NCBI RefSeq assembly: GCF_001194135.2
Contig: NC_068981.1
Span: forward strand, 195,196,972 to 195,234,260
DNA length: 37,289 bases
Reading direction: 5' to 3'
DNA from: Octopus bimaculoides
Lineage: Eukaryota
In this document: positions 22,469 to 34,828 of the stretch, piece after piece
Layout: each line of letters begins with the position of its first letter
Numbering within the stretch: position 1 is the stretch's first letter
Made by a program: the position numbers and the translations under genes
Notes under the pieces: generated by a model
Seen by the model: the letters and a program-made list of their open reading frames with translations, nothing else
Told to the model about the DNA's origin: nothing
The model's database searches: none

Positions 22469-24121
22469 TTAATTCACACAACACGCACGACACCGAAGCT
22501 ATGTCAAACTACAAAGAAAGGAGAGAATATTTCGTTATTCCGTTAGATATATTCTGCAAGTGTTTATTGGATTAGAGAAAAGGTTATTCACAAAATCTGT
22601 TGATTTCTTAACTAAAACAACAAGAACAACAACGGCGAAGTTGACGACGACGACGATGNNNNNNNNNNNNNNNNNNNNNNNNNNNNNNNNNNNNNNNNNN
22701 NNNNNNNNNNNNNNNNNNNNNNNNNNNNNNNNNNNNNNNNNNNNNNNNNNNNNNNNNNNNNNNNNNNNNNNNNNNNNNNNNNNNNNNNNNNNNNNNNNNN
22801 NNNNNNNNNNNNNNNNNNNNNNNNNNNNNNNNNNNNNNNNNNNNNNNNNNNNNNNNNNNNNNNNNNNNNNNNNNNNNNNNNNNNNNNNNNNNNNNNNNNN
22901 NNNNNNNNNNNNNNNNNNNNNNNNATATATATATATATATATATAAAGATAGATAGATAGATAGACATAGATATAGATATCGATATATATACATATGCAT
23001 ACACACATGTATATGTGTGTGCATATTTGTATGTGCGCGTGTGTATACATATGTATGTATATACATACACATGTATATACATATATATATATATACATAT
23101 GTATATATACATATATATACATTCATATATATATATACATATATATACACATATATATGTGTGTGTGTATTTGTATGCATGTGCTAATTCTTCTAATTCT
23201 TCTAATATGGTCTCAGATAAGAAATAAGTTTTAGAGAATAAAAGACTTGTGTAACCTTTCGAATAAATGAATTTAGCTTTGTCTGTTTCTGATAGAAGAC
23301 ACTGTACTGCAGCTTTTGGAAACAATGCACTTACACAAATGCTTCCACACACACGCATGCGTTCATATACATGTGTACTTGCGGACACATCTATATATGT
23401 ATGTATATATATATATATTCATATGTATATATGTATATATATGTATGTATATATATATATATTCATATGTATANNNNNNNNNNNNNNNNNNNNNNNNNNN
23501 NNNNNNNNNNNNNNNNNNNNNNNNNNNNNNNNNNNNNNNNNNNNNNNNNNNNNNNNNNNNNNNNNNNNNNNNNNNNNNNNNNNNNNNNNNNNNNNNNNNN
23601 NNNNNNNNNNNNNNNNNNNNNNNNNNNNNNNNNNNNNNNNNNNNNNNNNNNNNNNNNNNNNNNNNNNNNNNNNNNNNNNNNNNNNNNNNNNNNNNNNNNN
23701 NNNNNNNNNNNNNNNNNNNNNNNNNNNNNNNNNNNNNNNNNNNNNNNNNNNNNNNNNNNNNNNNNNNNNNNNNNNNNNNNNNNNNNNNNNNNNNNNNNNN
23801 NNNNNNNNNNNNNNNNNNNNNNNNNNNNNNNNNNNNNNNNNNNNNNNNNNNNNNNNNNNNNNNNNNNNNNNNNNNNNNNNNNNNNNNNNNNNNNNNNNNN
23901 NNNNNNNNNNNNNNNNNNNNNNNNNNNNNNNNNNNNNNNNATATATATATATATATATATATATAAACATTTATAAATAGATATATGTATGTACGTATGC
24001 ATATATACATATGAAGTATATATATATAAATATATTAGTGTGTGTATATACTTATATACATATCTTTGTGTATATATACATATACTCATACATATGTGCG
24101 TGTGTGTTTGTGTAGATATGA

Positions 24122-24164
<43 letters not shown>

Positions 24165-24260
24165 CGTGTGTGTGTGTGTATGTATGTATATATACATATA
24201 TATATGTATATATGCGTGTATGTACGTATGTATGTATGTATGTATGTATGTATGTATGCA
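22205..24260. repeat. TA/GT/CA low-complexity region with two gaps
   Basis: Directly visible; interrupted by short unique stretches at 22465-22658 and 23180-23360. Confidence 0.85.
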
Positions 24261-24830
24261 TGCACTATTCAGCGTGTTTGGAGAATTTGATATTGATATC
24301 CGATATAAGATATACGATGTACTGTTTAATAAACAGAAATTTAACCTTACTGAGATAATTAGACTATGCACTGTTATGAAAATTATACTAGTTCAACTGA
24401 GTACTAGATTCGCCAGTACACTATCCAGGTATAAATGTCTAATTACTCTGTCAACAGAAAATATTATTCTTTGTTTGGCAAATTTCTAAGAACACCAGAA
24501 TCTGGTTTATTAAAACCCACATCGTATAATACATTTCTATAAAACATCCATCCATTCGTCTACTCACCGATCTTTCCATCGATTCATCTATATCCACACA
24601 CACACACATACATACACAGACTCACGCATACATACATACATACATACATACGTACATACATACATAGAAAACGTTTATGAAATCCCGCTTTGAAGGTTAT
24701 GTACATGCAATTGAAGAACAAAATGTGTCCACGAAGTGCCTACACCATAAGAGACGGTAAACGTTGTCAGACAACACATATTGTCTGTTCAAGGCCAGGA
24801 CTGAAGACATCAACCAATATTATTTTTGTT

Positions 24831-25060
24831 ATTTCTTTATTGCCCACAAAGGGCTAAACATAGAAGGGACCAACAAGGACAGACAAAGGGATCAAGTCAA
24901 TTACATCGACTCCAGTGTATAACTGGTGCTTAATTTATCGATCCCGAAAGGATGAAAGGCTAAGTCGACCTCGGCGGAACTTGAACTCAGAACGTAACGG
25001 CAGACGAAATACCGCTAGGCATTTCGCCCGGTGTGTTAACGTTTCTGCCAGTTCGCCTCC
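24831..25060 (-). mobile_element. tRNA-derived SINE (type A, tail variant 2)
   Basis: Reverse-complement match to 14552-14783 including the tail; possible TSD ATATTAT(T/C)TTT at 24817 and 25063. Confidence 0.9.
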
Positions 25061-25641
25061 AGATATTATCTTTCTATGAGGCATGATACCAGAACGGTCT
25101 GGAAGAGGATAACGAAAAAACAAAAAAGAAACAACACCTACAGACGAATTTGATTAAAAGAATATTAGCAGAAGTTAAAAATTAAAATGTCCACCAATTT
25201 AAACCGACCAGATATTGTTGCGTGGGATCACATGGAAAAGATATGTTCAGTTGTGGAAATCAGCTACCATATGGGCACCAATCTGGCTAGAAAAAAAAAG
25301 GAATAATAAGAGAACGAAGAATGATTTTAAATATTTATTCATATTTAGTCACAATCATTTTTAACACCGTTGCATAGAAATGATTTCGTGTGGAAAGTGA
25401 CGCAGTATTTGCTGTTGATTACATTGTAAGTAATAATAACGATCTGCTTAAAACCATTCTTCGTCTTCCTGTTTAGACTATTTGTTACTCTTCGTACGAA
25501 ACACTCACTGGTTTAATATGTGACGTACCATTGAACATTCAGCTTACTTCGAGATTCCAATTCAAGAGTTCAGATAGCCGGGAGTGCACTCTGAGTACTG
25601 CATTGGAAAAATACCGACTTTCTACTCTATCAGGACCGACA

Positions 25642-25705
<64 letters not shown>

Positions 25706-25907
25706 TTCCTTTCAGTTTCCGTGGACCAAATCTGCTCGCAAATGCTTTGGTTAACACGAGGCTATAGGGGAAGACTATGTCAACATACTTTTATGATATC
25801 ACTGAAATCGGCAATGGAAGCACCTACCTGGTCCTTCGACCTGCTAGTAATAGCAACTAAATCTTTTTAAAATAATTGTTTTTAATTTAAGTTCAAGAGG
25901 GAGACGA

Positions 25908-25985
25908 AGTTGGTCGATATCATCGGACCCAGCACTCGACTGGTACTTGATTTCGTTGACTTCGAAACGCTGAAAAGAAAGTTGA
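25908..25985 (-). mobile_element. Degenerate SINE type A central fragment
   Basis: GGTCGATATCATCGGACCCAGCACTCGACTGGTACTTGATTTCGTTGACTTCGAAACGCTGAAAAG resembles the reverse complement of the type A centre. Confidence 0.5.
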
Positions 25986-26281
25986 GATAGTCACGACTGG
26001 AACGTTTGTGATCTCTGCGCTCGATCTGTTTGACCTAGGGTTAAGCAGAATGAATGAAAGACATGCCATTCATGACCATCATGTCTTATTATTTGGTATT
26101 ATACAGGAATGGATTAAAGCAACCATAAAGGAGACATAACCGTTACATAGAAAGATAGACAGACAGAAATTCTTTATACATAAAATACAGTTGATAAACT
26201 AAAATTCTAGCATACTGAAGTGTATGTATGTGTTTGTGTATGTGTATGTGTGTGTCTGTGAGCGCGTGTGTGTGAGCGTGC

Positions 26282-26328
<47 letters not shown>

Positions 26329-26608
26329 TACATACGCATATACGTATTTGTCTATTTGTCCATATATAAATAACACATANNNNNNNNNNNNNNNNNNNNN
26401 NNNNNNNNNNNNNNNNNNNNNNNNNNNNNNNNNNNNNNNNNNNNNNNNNNNNNNNNNNNNNNNNNNNNNNNNNNNNNNAAACACACTTACATGAAAAAAT
26501 ATAAATATGAATGTATATATATATATATATATATTACATTTTTACGTACATAGCTGAATTGAGAGAAAGTGAGAAAGACAGTAGAGTGAGAGAGAAAGAG
26601 ATTAGGAG

Positions 26609-26669
<61 letters not shown>

Positions 26670-27117
26670 GGGCAGTGAAAGAAAAATCGAATCTCTTACT
26701 ATTGTAACAATGAAAAGATTGCTTTAGAAGAGAACAAATAACACCATCTACGCCATTATTATCACGTTACAACTTTTAAGAATGAGGACATTTAAAAATA
26801 TTTCATAATTGAATTACATTGAAAAATAAGCTTTCTCTACAATAATTCAATTTATGAATTCCACGTTTATTAGAGATATTATTTCTTATAACACACACTT
26901 AACTCTGTTAAGTCGAAAATATTCTACCATTCCTCTCGTAATATTTAAACCATCTTATAAACAGTGTTAGTGGAGCTACAAGCGCTGTTGTTTTAAAGTT
27001 TCTCATCATCGCCATTTCGTACTTTTAAACAAGGCTTTCCTGTTTACTGAAGCATGGCTGAATCAACAACTGATTTCATTTTCTGGTTTATGGATTCCGT
27101 GACGACTACACGCATCA

Positions 27118-27382
27118 GCGAAGAATGCTACTGTTATTTAGTCCTGGGAAACACCGTTTCCTTTGGCCTTGACACATTTCCTGTGTTCTTATGTTTTCAA
27201 AGGGGAGACAAGCAAAACCAGCATCCAGAGACTAGTTTCATTGCGAATCATCACTTTGGAGTAGCATGGCTTGCTAGCTGTCGATGCCTATCCGCCTTTG
27301 AAAGCATATATATTTCAAGTTTCTTAGGGCTAAATAACAGTAGCATTCTTCCCTTTTATGGGACTGTCACCTTAAGTTGACA
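27118..27382. mobile_element. Fold-back MITE-like element, related to 18263 and 35696 (left arm truncated)
   Basis: GAAGAATGCTACTGTTATTTAGTCC (27120-27144) versus GGGCTAAATAACAGTAGCATTCTTC (about 27327-27351) match at 24/25 as an inverted repeat. The right arm continues GGACTGTCACCTTAAGTTGACAA like the family arm. Confidence 0.65.
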
Positions 27383-29344
27383 ACATGCTATCAAATAATG
27401 TGCTGTTGTAGAGATCAGCCACCAGGTAGATGAGAACGTATTTTTTCCTTTTTCCAAATTATTGGAAAAGCAAACGTTTATTGACAACAGTTTTGAGACC
27501 TTCAACTGTCCACATTATAGATTTACAATTATATCATATTATTAGCGCTTTTGTTTATAAATTGTTTAAATAACAGTAAATTATAGTTGGTTTTCTGAAA
27601 CAAAGTAACAATGTAACAAATATTCAACAGAATCGGTCCTAGCAGAACTGTGGAAAGCTCTTGAATATTTTCTTAAAACTAAGGACAATATTTTTTACTC
27701 TCGTCGGTATTTCATTTCCTCTCATGGCGTATTCTTTCTTTCTTNNNNNNNNNNNNNNNNNNNNNNNNNNNNNNNNNNNNNNNNNNNNNNNNNNNNNNNN
27801 NNNNNNNNNNNNNNNNNNNNNNNNNNNNNNNNNNNNNNNNNNNNNNNNNNNNNNNNNNNNNNNNNNNNNNNNNNNNNNNNNNNNNNNNNNNNNNNNNNNN
27901 NNNNNNNNNNNNNNNNNNNNNNNNNNNNNNNNNNNNNNNNNNNNNNNNNNNNNNNNNNNNNNNNNNNNNNNNNNNNNNNNNNNNNNNNNNNNNNNNNNNN
28001 NNNNNNNNNNNNNNNNNNNNNNNNNNNNNNNNNNTATATATATATAAATATATATACATACATACATATATGAGTGTGTGTGTGTGTGCATGTATGTATA
28101 TGTACCTACATACAAGTTTTTATCATATAAATTGTTATTATACGTGGATATTGCAGACCACAAGAACTTCATGTATGAGAGAATCTGGTGCCTAAGAAGC
28201 AGCTTTACCACAATTCATTGCTAATTCTACCATTGTCTAAATACACAGCCAGATTTATAATGTAATTCGCCTTTAAATAACCACGTGAATAATAGTCATA
28301 TACACTGACACACACACATACACACACAAGCAAGCACTCATACGTATGTGCATACTTGAATCCATATACATATATATATGTGCGTGTGTGTATGTGTGTG
28401 TGTATATGCTCGTGTCTATATAAAAATATGTGGTGTATATAAATATATCTTTGTAACTTGTATGTATATGTGAGTGTGTGTATGTGTGTGAGTGTGTATG
28501 TGTGTGTGTGTGTGTGTGTGCTAATTTACTCATATACTAAGCCTAGGCATCTGTTACCAATCACATAAACAACGGTCTTTTCCCAATGAAGATGGCCGCC
28601 ATGAATCATAGCTTTCTCAATCTTATTATATAAATGGTGTATCAGTAATCAACTAGATATTAGCAACATTTATCGAAGATATTCTCAAAAGATATCTAAC
28701 CAATTTTCCGAGATCGTTCTCTTGGCAAATTACGTTTAAATTGTTGAGATAATGGTCATGTTTAGGATGGCTGTTCTGCGAGCAATGATTTAAGGAATTT
28801 GGTTTCCAAGAAATTGCCTTCGAGTCTTAGTTACTTTCAACTGTAGCTTCGATCCCAGTACTACAGTTCCATGTGGATGATCGCTGCTACAGATAGGAAC
28901 TCTCTAATAAAAGAAGACTAAGAAGAGAGAAAATTAATGTCTTCTTTTTATGATTGGTTTTCAACAAAACTTATTTGATTTAGTCTCTCGTTCATTCCGG
29001 AATATTGTCTTTTCCTCAACACATATATATTTCTTATTAAGTTTTTAATACTCAATTAACTAAATAGGGTAACAGCCATTTATCTATTGCTTTTTTTAAA
29101 AAAAATATGAAACTGGTGACCCTGAGAATCTGTTCTATAAATTAAGCAGAATATTCTTTCATACTCATGTATGTGTGTACGTATTGAATATTTTGTTAGT
29201 TATTCTTCCGTTAATGCTTTACCAAGCATGGTGAATTCTCTGCTTTGTGAAGAAGGTCTAATAAAATAGAAATAGGTATTAAGTTATTTCCCGTAGCTGT
29301 CAGAATATTTACAATAATACTAGCCATTCGCAGCTGTCTGGTAG

Positions 29345-29484
29345 GTATTTTCTTTTCCAATCACATGGTTCCTAGTTTAGTCCCACTCCATCGCATCTTG
29401 GGAAAATCTCTTCTCCTATAGTCTTGGGTCAACCAAAGCCTTATGAATGGATTTGGTAGATGGAAACGGAAAGAAGCCCATTGT
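29345..29484 (+). mobile_element. SINE type B head followed by (TA)n and a gap
   Basis: TTTCCAATCACATGGTTCCTAGTTTAGTCCCACT..ACCAAAGCCTTATGAATGGATTTGGTAGATGGAAACGGAAAGAAGCCCATTG. Confidence 0.8.
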
Positions 29485-29693
29485 ATATATATATATATAT
29501 ATNNNNNNNNNNNNNNNNNNNNNNNNNNNNNNNNNNNNNNNNNNNNNNNNNNNNNNNNNNNNNNNNNNNNNNNNNNNNNNNNNNNNNNNNNNNNNNNNNN
29601 NNNNNNNNNNNNNNNNNNNNNNNNNNNNNNNNNNNNNNNNNNNNNNNNNNNNNNNNNNNNNNNNNNNNNNNNNNNNNNNNNNNNNNNNNNNNN

Positions 29694-29724
<31 letters not shown>

Positions 29725-29725
29725 A

Positions 29726-30668
29726 TTAGGTCGTCCAGAAAGTTCTAAGCGTTTTTAAACTAAGTCTTTTAACGCTTCATTAAGCACACCTGAACCGTAA
29801 CACAGTTGAAACTTTGTTGATTCTTGAAGTGGTAATGGTGCATCTCTTCTTTGTTCCTGACTAAAAATAGATTTATCTTTCATTCCGGTTAACCTTTATT
29901 GACATTTGAAATGGATAACCCAAAATTTTATATTCGCGTTGTAATGCTTTTCTTTTTTTTTTAGAAAAAAAGGAGAAAATGCTGCAAAGACTTGCAAAAA
30001 TATTTTGTGACGTTTATGATGATGATACTGTAGGTGAAGCAACCGTTCGAAGGTTGCTTGCAAAATTTAAAGTTGGAGAGTTTAGGTTGGAAGATGACAA
30101 TCGCAGTGAAAGCCCTTCAAAATTGGATGAAGGTGTTTTGAAGGCAAAAATTGAAGAAAACTCAAATCTCACAACTAGAGAACTTTCAGAGGAGTTGGAA
30201 ATTTGTAAAAGTACGGCTCGTGAACACCTAGTGAAGTTAGGATACATTTCTCGCGATAATGTCTGGGTCCCTCACAAACTCTCAGAAAAGAATTGCTTCG
30301 ACTGGTATTCTGTTTGTGAAAAGCTTTTAAAACAGAATAAACACATATAATTTTTGAAGCAACTTGGGACTGGTGATGAAAAATAGATTGTGTACAAAAA
30401 CGTAGTGCGAAAATTATACTGGAGTTTGCATAAGGATCCCCCCGCCCAAACCAACCAAAAACGAGTATCCATGCCAAAAAAGTTACGCTTTGTGTTTGGT
30501 GGGATCATAAAGGCATTATTTATTATGAGCTTCTCCCACGAAACCAGACCACTAATTCTGTTGTGTATTGTCGTTAGCTGGTTAATTTGAACCCCAAAAT
30601 CAAAGAATTGAGGCCGGAGATTCCCAACAGAAAAGGGTAGTGTCCAAGAAAACAATGCTTGACCACAT
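29726..30668 (+). mobile_element. Mariner transposon, 3'-truncated, decayed transposase
   Basis: TA|TTAGGTCGTCCAGAAAGTT TIR. ATG at 29911, frameshifted ORF with HTH region (TVGEATVRR..FK.GEF.LED..RS..P), WVPHKL motif, TGDEK (first D), KKVTLCVWWDHKGIIYYELL, ending at QENNA*PH (degenerate HDNARPH). Confidence 0.95.
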
Positions 30669-30676
30669 ATGTCCTT

Positions 30677-31032
30677 GGCTTCCTGAACAAAGTGGGTCAG
30701 TCCCACTCCGGGGTACCTTGGGCAAGTGTCTTCTACTACAGCCTCGGGCCGACCAAAACATTGTGAGTGGATTTGGTAGACGGAAACTGAAAGAAGCCCA
30801 TCGTATATATAAATATATGTTTGTGTGTCTGTGTTTGTCCCCCTATCATCGCTTGACAACCGATGCTGGTGTGTTTACGTCCCCGCAACATAGCGGTTCG
30901 GTGAAAGCGAGCGATAGAATAAATAGCAGGCTTGCAAAGAATAAGTCCTGGGATCGATTTCTTCGACTAAAGGCGGTGCTCCAGCATGGCCGCAGTCAAA
31001 TGACTGAAACAAATAATAAAAGAATAAAAGAA
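30677..31032 (+). mobile_element. Full-length bipartite SINE type B with a short internal microsatellite
   Basis: Head to 30803, about 25 bp of TA/GT spacer, then the tail shared with 19108-19317. Confidence 0.9.
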
Positions 31033-31041
31033 TAGAAGAAT

Positions 31042-31082
<41 letters not shown>

Positions 31083-31547
31083 CACACATATATATCGTCG
31101 GTAAAACATAGATCCGAAAATGAAGCACATGTATGTATGTATGTATGAATGTATCTGTATGCGTGTGTATTTGTGTGTATGCATGTTTGTATTCTGTACA
31201 TAAATATGTCTGTGTGTGTATGTATGTCTGTATGTATATAATGTTGAACAGCGTTTAGGATAATGAAAGGAGAATGAGAGTGAGCAGGTCTAGAATGATT
31301 TAGTCTGGTCTGTGATTCACGGAAGATAATTTCGAAGGCAACGAAGATAGTGGGAAGAAGTTGGATTAAATAGCGAACGAAAGAACTGAGGAAAGAGGGC
31401 GGCGAGAAGAAGGAAATAGAAGAAGAAAGAAAGAACGAAAGGAGATTGAAATATTTTCTGTTGAAGACAAGTGACAGCCAAATGGTGATAGAAACACAAT
31501 TGTGTCTATGTCTGTGTGTGTGTGACACATGCGCATACATACTGACA

Positions 31548-31612
<65 letters not shown>

Positions 31613-31961
31613 NNNNNNNNNNNNNNNNNNNNNNNNNNNNNNNNNNNNNNNNNNNNNNNNNNNNNNNNNNNNNNNNNNNNNNNNNNNNNNNNNNNNNNNN
31701 NNNNNNNNNNNNNNNNNNNNNNNNNNNNNNNNNNNNNNNNNNNNNNNNNNNNNNNNNNNNNNNNNNNNNNNNNNNNNNNNNNNNNNNNNNNNNNNNNNNN
31801 NNNNNNNNNNNNNNNNNNNNNNNNNNNNNNNNNNNNNNNNNNNNNNNNNNNNNNNNNNNNNNNNNNNNNNNNNNNNNNNNNNNNNNNNNNNNNNNNNNNN
31901 NNNNNNNNNNNNNNNNNNNNNNNNNNNNNNNNNNNNNNNNNNNNNNNNNNNNNNNNNNNNN

Positions 31962-32015
<54 letters not shown>

Positions 32016-32265
32016 AAGGGAGAGAGAAAGAGAGAGAAAGTGTGTGTGTGTGAGAGAGAGAGAAAGAGAAAGAGAGTGTGTGTGTGTGAGAGAAAGAGAA
32101 ACGAGAGAGTGTGTGAGAGAGAGATAATGTGTGTGTGAGAGAGAAAGAGAAAAAGAGTGTGTGTGAGAGAGAGAGTGAGAAAGCGAGAAAGAGAGACAGA
32201 GATAGCGAGGTGGTGTGTGTGTGTGTGTGTGTGAGANNNNNNNNNNNNNNNNNNNNNNNNNNNNN

Positions 32266-32320
<55 letters not shown>
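31962..32320. repeat. (GA)n/(GT)n low-complexity tract
   Basis: Directly visible. Confidence 0.9.
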
Positions 32321-32324
<4 letters not shown>

Positions 32325-32344
32325 GAAAGGGCGGTAAGATATGC

Positions 32345-32570
32345 TGTATGGCGAAGTTTTGTGCAAAGCAATTGGTGGATAATCTCGAGGGCCATATAAG
32401 CTGGGAGCAGATTATCAATAGATTCCGATATGATATTGTCTCCAGTATAGATTGATACTAAACAGATAGCATCTGAGGCAATTGAGATTTCAACGTTGGC
32501 CATAAGCCTTCCGATAAACCGGGGAACGTACGGTAATTGCGGCTCAATTTGAGGAAACGAACTTGGATCA
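32345..32570 (+). mobile_element. Decayed RTE-like LINE RT fragment
   Basis: DNLEGHISWEQIINRFRYDIV and LRLNLRKRT resemble the recalled GGISIGGRTINNLRYADDIV and GLRLNLKKT. Confidence 0.5.
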
Positions 32571-32688
32571 AACAGAAGATAGATATACATATAACCCTTT
32601 TATTTTCCCACTCATCTCTCCATTACTCTCGTTTTACTCATCTCTCCGACACTCTCTATTTCCTAGCCCCTCTTTCTCTGTGTGTCTT

Positions 32689-32689
<1 letters not shown>

Positions 32690-32723
<34 letters not shown>

Positions 32724-32726
32724 TTC

Positions 32727-32783
<57 letters not shown>

Positions 32784-33170
32784 NNNNNNNNNNNNNNNNN
32801 NNNNNNNNNNNNNNNNNNNNNNNNNNNNNNNNNNNNNNNNNNNNNNNNNNNNNNNNNNNNNNNNNNNNNNNNNNNNNNNNNNNNNNNNNNNNNNNNNNNN
32901 NNNNNNNNNNNNNNNNNNNNNNNNNNNNNNNNNNNNNNNNNNNNNNNNNNNNNNNNNNNNNNNNNNNNNNNNNNNNNNNNNNNNNNNNNNNNNNNNNNNN
33001 NNNNNNNNNNNNNNNNNNNNNNNNNNNNNNNNNNNNNNNNNNNNNNNNNNNNNNNNNNNNNNNNNNNNNNNNNNNNNNNNNNNNNNNNNNTCTTCTTCTT
33101 CTTCTTCTTCTTCTTCTTCTTCTTCTTCTTCTTCTTCTTCTTCTTCTTCTTCTTCTTCTTCTTCTTCTTC
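32690..33170. repeat. (CT)n, gap, (CTT)n microsatellites
   Basis: Directly visible. Confidence 0.95.
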
Positions 33171-33224
33171 TTTCCATTACCACCGAGAATAGAAATAAAT
33201 TGCATATTGTGCATACTACTTTTA

Positions 33225-33413
33225 AGGCTGTGAGGTGAGTCGTTGGCGCGTCGGATAAAACGCTTAGCAGTATTTCTTTCGTTTCTCTACGCTCTGAGTT
33301 CAAATCCCGCCGCGGTCAAATTTTGTCTCCACTCCCTTCGGAGTCGATGAAATAAAGAGCCAGTGAAGTACTAGGATCGATGCAAGCGAGTTGACCCCAA
33401 ATTGCTGGCTTTG
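33225..33413 (+). mobile_element. Degenerate SINE type A
   Basis: AAAACGCTTAGCAGTATTTC..CTGAGTTCAAATCCCGCCGCGGTC..CCCTTCGGAGTCGATGAAATAAG..AAATTGCTGGC. Confidence 0.75.
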
Positions 33414-33453
33414 AACTCTGCAACGAAACGGTCACTTTGTCGCCATGGAAAGT

Positions 33454-33525
33454 GGGTGATCGGTCCTCGGAGTGCTGGGGTGATCGGTCCTCGGAGTCTT
33501 GGGGTGATCGGTCCTCGGAGTGCTG
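33454..33525. repeat. Minisatellite, 24 bp x 3
   Basis: GGGTGATCGGTCCTCGGAGTGCTG / ..GAGTCTTG / ..GAGTGCTG. Confidence 0.95.
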
Positions 33526-33689
33526 CGGCTGAAAAAGAAAAATAAATTAGGAGGTAGAGAAGATAAAAACCCAGAAGGTTAAGAGACAATCTAGAGTCTA
33601 GAGACGACCCTTTACTGGGGACCCTTGAAAAGCCTTCACTCAAGAATATAATGAACAATGTTTCTTGTTCAGGATATTATAAAAGTTGC

Positions 33690-34067
33690 CACATTGACCT
33701 GTTTTCTCTTATTTTCAATCCTCTAGAAAATCATTTGGCAGACAGTGGGTGGATCAAACCATAGAAACCCGTGGAGAGGACGGACAAAGCTTAAAGATCT
33801 CAATTTTGCTGACGCGATCGCACTGAGAGCAGAAACCCGTACAGATCTGCAAGAATTAACAAAATGTAAAGGAGATCAGAATAAGACTTAGCAAAAGGCA
33901 AAAGAAAGCGATGAAGGTAGACAATACCATGGAGCAAGAAGCAGCTATCAAGATCAATCAGCACAAAAGAGGAGATGTGAACCAATTCACCTATCTGGAT
34001 AATGTTGTAGGCAGGACTAGCGATGTCGAGGTTGACTGCAGGATTGAAGAGGAAGCAGATGCATGTT
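33690..34067 (+). mobile_element. RTE-like LINE RT fragment, copy 1
   Basis: KLKDLNFADAIALRAETRTDLQEL, then MKVDN..VNQFTYLDNVV..DVEVDCRI (FADD-like motif and the downstream FTYLG motif). Confidence 0.8.
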
Positions 34068-34375
34068 GGTTCATGTTATTGTCCACCTTCATCGTCTTCG
34101 TTTCCATTTTGCTGAGTCTTAGCCCGATCTTCGCCGCATTTTGTTACAGTGGCGTTGTCAACGTTTGCAGACCTACACGGGTTTCTGCTATCAGTGCAAT
34201 TTCATCAGCAAAATCGAGATTTTTGAGCCTTGCCTGTCCTCTCCACGGGTTTCTATGGCAAGATCCATCTAGTGTCTTTCTCAGGTCAAAGTCGGCAGCC
34301 GACAGAAACAGTAAAGGAGAGAAGAAGCAACTTTGTTTGATGCCGGGGACAATGCTCGCAAATTGGGGTTAAACT
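34068..34375 (-). mobile_element. RTE-like LINE RT fragment, copy 2 (inverted)
   Basis: Minus strand GIKQSCFFSPLLFLSAADFDLRKT..RLKNLDFADEIALIAETRVGLQTL..AAKIGLRLSKMETKTMKVDN. Confidence 0.85.
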
Positions 34376-34380
34376 GATGT

Positions 34381-34411
<31 letters not shown>

Positions 34412-34544
34412 GCAGCAGCAGCAGCACAACAAAGACAACTCGTACTGACATCATGCAATCAACATCATCAAATTAGAAACATCTTTATTTCCAGGAACAG
34501 CGGCTTTCCAACAGATATTCCCACTGGTGCTAACAATTTATGTT

Positions 34545-34731
34545 TACAGTTCTATATTTAAGAGATGAGGAATTATGTACATTGTTTACATTATTTACAT
34601 TTGACGGATATTTGTCCTCATCTTGTTTGTTGTTAACACAACGTTTCGGTTGATATACCCTTCAACCTTCATCAGGTGTCTTGGGGAAATTTCGAACCTG
34701 GGTTCTCGTTCCTAAGGTATTTTTCGATGTT
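34545..34731 (-). mobile_element. Probable Penelope-like terminal repeat (pLTR), copy 1
   Basis: Contains a hammerhead motif; about 170 bp is homologous and inverted relative to 34826-34990. The PLE assignment rests on the motif type, as no ORF is attached. Confidence 0.7.
34635..34680 (-). ncRNA. Minimal type I hammerhead ribozyme motif, intact core
   Basis: Reverse complement GACAC CUGAUGA A GGUUG aaggguauau CAACC GAAAC GUU|GUGUU. Stem I GACAC/GUGUU, stem II GGUUG/CAACC, helix III reduced to the palindrome AACGUU, predicted cleavage after GUU. Confidence 0.8.
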
Positions 34732-34769
34732 ATAATAATAATAATAATAATAATAATAANNNNNNNNNN

Positions 34770-34823
<54 letters not shown>
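34732..34823. repeat. (ATA)n microsatellite with a 10-N gap
   Basis: Directly visible between the two inverted repeats. Confidence 0.95.

Positions 34824-34825
<2 letters not shown>

Positions 34826-34828
<3 letters not shown>

Noticed and set aside
23190-23350. Open frames in unique islands (also 22540-22650 and 24262-24489)
   Set aside because: No recognisable domain and no coherent chain of splice sites.
28589-28603. AAGATGGCCGCCATG, YY1/Kozak-like motif
   Set aside because: An isolated short motif; the ORF after it is short and there is no other promoter evidence.
764-33303. Long ORFs in the track with poly-X, CV/HT/IY/ER/LS or homopolymer runs
   Set aside because: They are translations of N-gaps and di-, tri- or tetranucleotide repeats, not genes.
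33454-33525. CRISPR-like array
   Set aside because: The repeats are directly tandem with no spacers, in a eukaryotic context with no cas genes.
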